A program made the translations under genes and the position numbers. From a phage, in sequence record AF017627.1: 1,349 nucleotides of DNA. One strand, written 5' to 3'. Below, piece by piece: positions 1 through 1,349 of the stretch. Each line of letters begins with the position of its first letter. Positions within the stretch are counted from its first letter, which is position 1. Under the pieces are notes generated by a model that was not told where the DNA came from, ran no database searches, and worked only from the letters and a program-made list of their open reading frames with translations.

Positions 1-165
1 ATGTTACGCCACATGGGTTGGACTGAAGCCGCAGACCTGATTGTTAAAGGTATGGAAGGCGCAATCAATGCGAAGACCGTAACCTATGACTTCGAACGTC
101 TGATGGAAGGCGCTAAACTGCTGAAATGTTCAGAGTTTGGTGATGCGATCATCAAGAATATGTAA
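1..165 (+). CDS. icd: Isocitrate dehydrogenase (NADP-dependent), C-terminal 54 codons; 5'-truncated by the window edge
   Basis: Frame 1 translates without stops to [54 protein letters not shown], then TAA at 163-165. From memory this matches the C-terminus of E. coli Icd (...[36 protein letters not shown][D][15 protein letters not shown][E]NM) except at two residues. Not in the ORF track, presumably because it is short. Confidence 0.93.
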   Translation: MLRHMGWTEAADLIVKGMEGAINAKTVTYDFERLMEGAKLLKCSEFGDAIIKNM

Positions 166-188
166 TCACTACATGTGTTAAATATTGA

Positions 189-218
189 AACGGGCGTATA
201 ACACGCCCGTTGTTTTAT
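189..218 (+). terminator. Probable rho-independent terminator of icd
   Basis: Perfect 9-bp inverted repeat AACGGGCGT (189-197) / ACGCCCGTT (203-211) with a 5-nt loop ATAAC, followed by GTTTTAT (212-218). It sits about 25 bp after the icd stop. The upstream flank is A-rich (TATTGAAA), so it could terminate in both directions. Confidence 0.65.
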
Positions 219-232
219 GATGATGTAAAATC

Positions 233-268
233 TTCCCCAAAACTTTCCCCAAAACCCTTCCCCAAAAC
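233..268. repeat. Three direct copies of the 11-mer TTCCCCAAAAC (233-243, 245-255, 258-268); candidate integrase arm-type binding sites
   Basis: Read directly: tcTTCCCCAAAACtTTCCCCAAAACccTTCCCCAAAACtg. Copies are exact, with 12- and 13-bp centre-to-centre spacing (about one helical turn). They lie 11 bp from the int stop codon. The confidence refers to the repeat itself; the binding-site role is inference. Confidence 0.85.
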
Positions 269-278
269 TGGCTATTTT

Positions 279-1349
279 CTATGCTGTTTTGATATCTACG
301 ATAATCCAGTCTTTACCACGATCATCATTGTATCGGTCGGTCATTTTTCTGGATTTATGGCCTAACAACTTTTGCGTATCCAGACCCTGTTCCCGATATA
401 ACCGTTCTGACAGAGATCGCTGCTCATGAAATGTGGGCGCAGTTCCTGGCTCCCATTTTATGCCACATTTTTCCCTGGCCTTTTTAAAAGCCGTTGTAAG
501 AGTATTTGCAGAAACCTGGTCTCCTCTGTTTGCTTGAGAGGTAGTGTGACGGTAATGGACCAGATATTTACTAACAACAGCATCCCTGCACTGAGATATA
601 ACTTCACGAAGGGTAATATTCAGAGCATCGCATTTCAGGCTAAGCGGAATAGCAAGTTTTGAACCGGTTTTTTCCTGAGTAATGTGCAACATGTCGTCCC
701 ATATATCAGAGAATTTCAAATTGCAGATATCGCCTAAACGTTGTCCAGTAACAAGAGCAAGTAGCATGCCGCATTTTAAATAGGGCTGCCGTCTGCTTAC
801 GCTTTCAAATATTGCCTGCCATTCGGGCAGTGATAATCTTTGGCGGTTTACTCGATTTCGCGGTTGTTTTGTTGCCTGCGCTGGGTTAAATCCTGGCGGA
901 ACATGTCCTGCGTGTTGTGCTTCTTTGAAGACGTCGATCAACACCATTCTCACGACTTGCGCCATCCTGTTATGACCTTCAGCCTTTACAGCATCAATTA
1001 TTTCGGCAATATCAAGTGCGGTAATATCCTTGAGGTGTTGCATTCCACAATGCTCACGGAAAAGACGAATGGGTTTACCTTTTTGCCGATAGGAGTTGGG
1101 TTTTAGTTCATTATGTTGCAGCCTGTCCTCCTGGATAGAAATATATTTATCAAGCCATTCTGTCACCGTAATGTCTGAGCGCCTGCCTTTCATTCTTTCT
1201 AGACGCTCATTGACGCTTAATATTTGTCGGGTACGTTGTTCAGCAATAATGGTATTTGCTTCAGTAGCAACTTGTTTTGCTTCATTCTCATCAGTTCCTA
1301 AGCTATGAAAACGACCGGATAGTGGATGTTTGTATTGCCAATATACCTT
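279..1349 (-). CDS. int: Lambda-Int-family tyrosine site-specific recombinase (phage integrase); 5'-partial, N-terminus beyond the window edge
   Basis: The - strand frame is open from 1349 to the TAG at 279-281; I translated 1194-1349 by hand and found no stop. The C-terminus ...PTFHEQRSLSERLYREQGLDTQKLLGHKSRKMTDRYNDDRGKDWIIVDIKTA parallels lambda Int ...PTFHELRSLSARLYEKQ...HLLGHKSDTMASQYRDDRGREWDKIEIK, as recalled. Catalytic motifs are present: LVTGQRLGD (Arg), HEQR (His-x-x-Arg), LLGHKS (His), and Tyr in DRYNDD (codon 330-332). The upstream part ...KVYWQYKHPLSGRFHSLGTDENEAKQVATEANTIIAEQ... resembles the lambda Int N-terminal arm-binding domain (YYCYRDPRTGKEFGLGRDRRIAITEAIQANIELF). Confidence 0.93.
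   Translation of the reverse strand, partial: KVYWQYKHPLSGRFHSLGTDENEAKQVATEANTIIAEQRTRQILSVNERLERMKGRRSDITVTEWLDKYISIQEDRLQHNELKPNSYRQKGKPIRLFREHCGMQHLKDITALDIAEIIDAVKAEGHNRMAQVVRMVLIDVFKEAQHAGHVPPGFNPAQATKQPRNRVNRQRLSLPEWQAIFESVSRRQPYLKCGMLLALVTGQRLGDICNLKFSDIWDDMLHITQEKTGSKLAIPLSLKCDALNITLREVISQCRDAVVSKYLVHYRHTTSQANRGDQVSANTLTTAFKKAREKCGIKWEPGTAPTFHEQRSLSERLYREQGLDTQKLLGHKSRKMTDRYNDDRGKDWIIVDIKTA

Larger units (their letters stand above)
166..278. other. Intergenic prophage-host junction (attL arm region) between the convergent icd and int genes
   Basis: A 113-bp non-coding spacer between the icd stop and the int stop. In lambda-like prophages the P' arm of attL lies just beyond the 3' end of int. 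The crossover core is probably within icd, at or upstream of the window start, and cannot be located from this sequence alone. Confidence 0.45.
1..1349. mobile_element. Left end of an integrated lambdoid (e14/phage-21-like) prophage or prophage remnant inserted in icd; boundaries not resolvable in this window
   Basis: An integrase gene converges on the 3' end of icd with only a 113-bp spacer. This is the classic geometry of elements that integrate into icd and supply a replacement 3' end for the gene. The exact crossover point and the far end of the element are not visible. Confidence 0.6.

Noticed and set aside
217-228. Mini-ORF ATG ATG ATG TAA just after the terminator
   Set aside because: Three codons, no evident ribosome-binding site, and it sits in the terminator T-tract region; almost certainly chance.
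233-268. CCCCAAAA motif resembling ciliate telomeric C4A4 repeats
   Set aside because: Only three copies, separated by spacers, in a clearly bacterial prophage context. The resemblance is coincidental; an Int arm-site role is far more plausible.
233-268. Possible CRISPR-like or other repeat array
   Set aside because: The repeats are 11 bp with 1-2 bp spacers and only three copies, so there is no repeat-spacer architecture and no cas context.
426-662. 78-aa ORF on the + strand
   Set aside because: Lies entirely within, and antisense to, the well-supported integrase CDS. The translation is low-complexity and Cys/Phe-rich with no recognisable motif. Most likely a chance open frame.
840-1106. 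88-aa ORF on the + strand
   Set aside because: Antisense to the integrase CDS with no recognisable domain; a chance ORF opposite a real gene.
1191-1193. ATG at 1191-1193 (- strand) as the integrase start codon
   Set aside because: The frame stays open upstream to the window edge and the upstream translation aligns with the lambda Int N-terminal domain, so this is an internal Met.
1096-1308. 70-aa ORF on the + strand
   Set aside because: Antisense to the N-terminal region of the integrase; Ser/Cys-rich and low-complexity with no homology I can recognise.

Overview
This window is the left junction of a lambdoid prophage inserted in the 3' end of icd, a well-known arrangement (as in e14 and phage 21 in E. 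coli), and I see no evidence of an undescribed system. It contains four things in order: (1) the last 54 codons of icd on the + strand (1-165, stop TAA at 163-165); (2) a hairpin plus T-tract at 189-218, consistent with the icd intrinsic terminator; (3) three direct copies of the 11-mer TTCCCCAAAAC at 233-268; (4) a lambda-Int-family tyrosine integrase on the - strand (279-1349, stop TAG at 279-281). The integrase frame stays open to the window edge, so its N-terminus lies beyond 1349 and the ORF-track start at 1193 is an internal Met. The most interesting item is the triple repeat, which may be the integrase arm-type (P') sites, but this is inference. All homology statements come from reading the translations and recalling known proteins; no database search was run.
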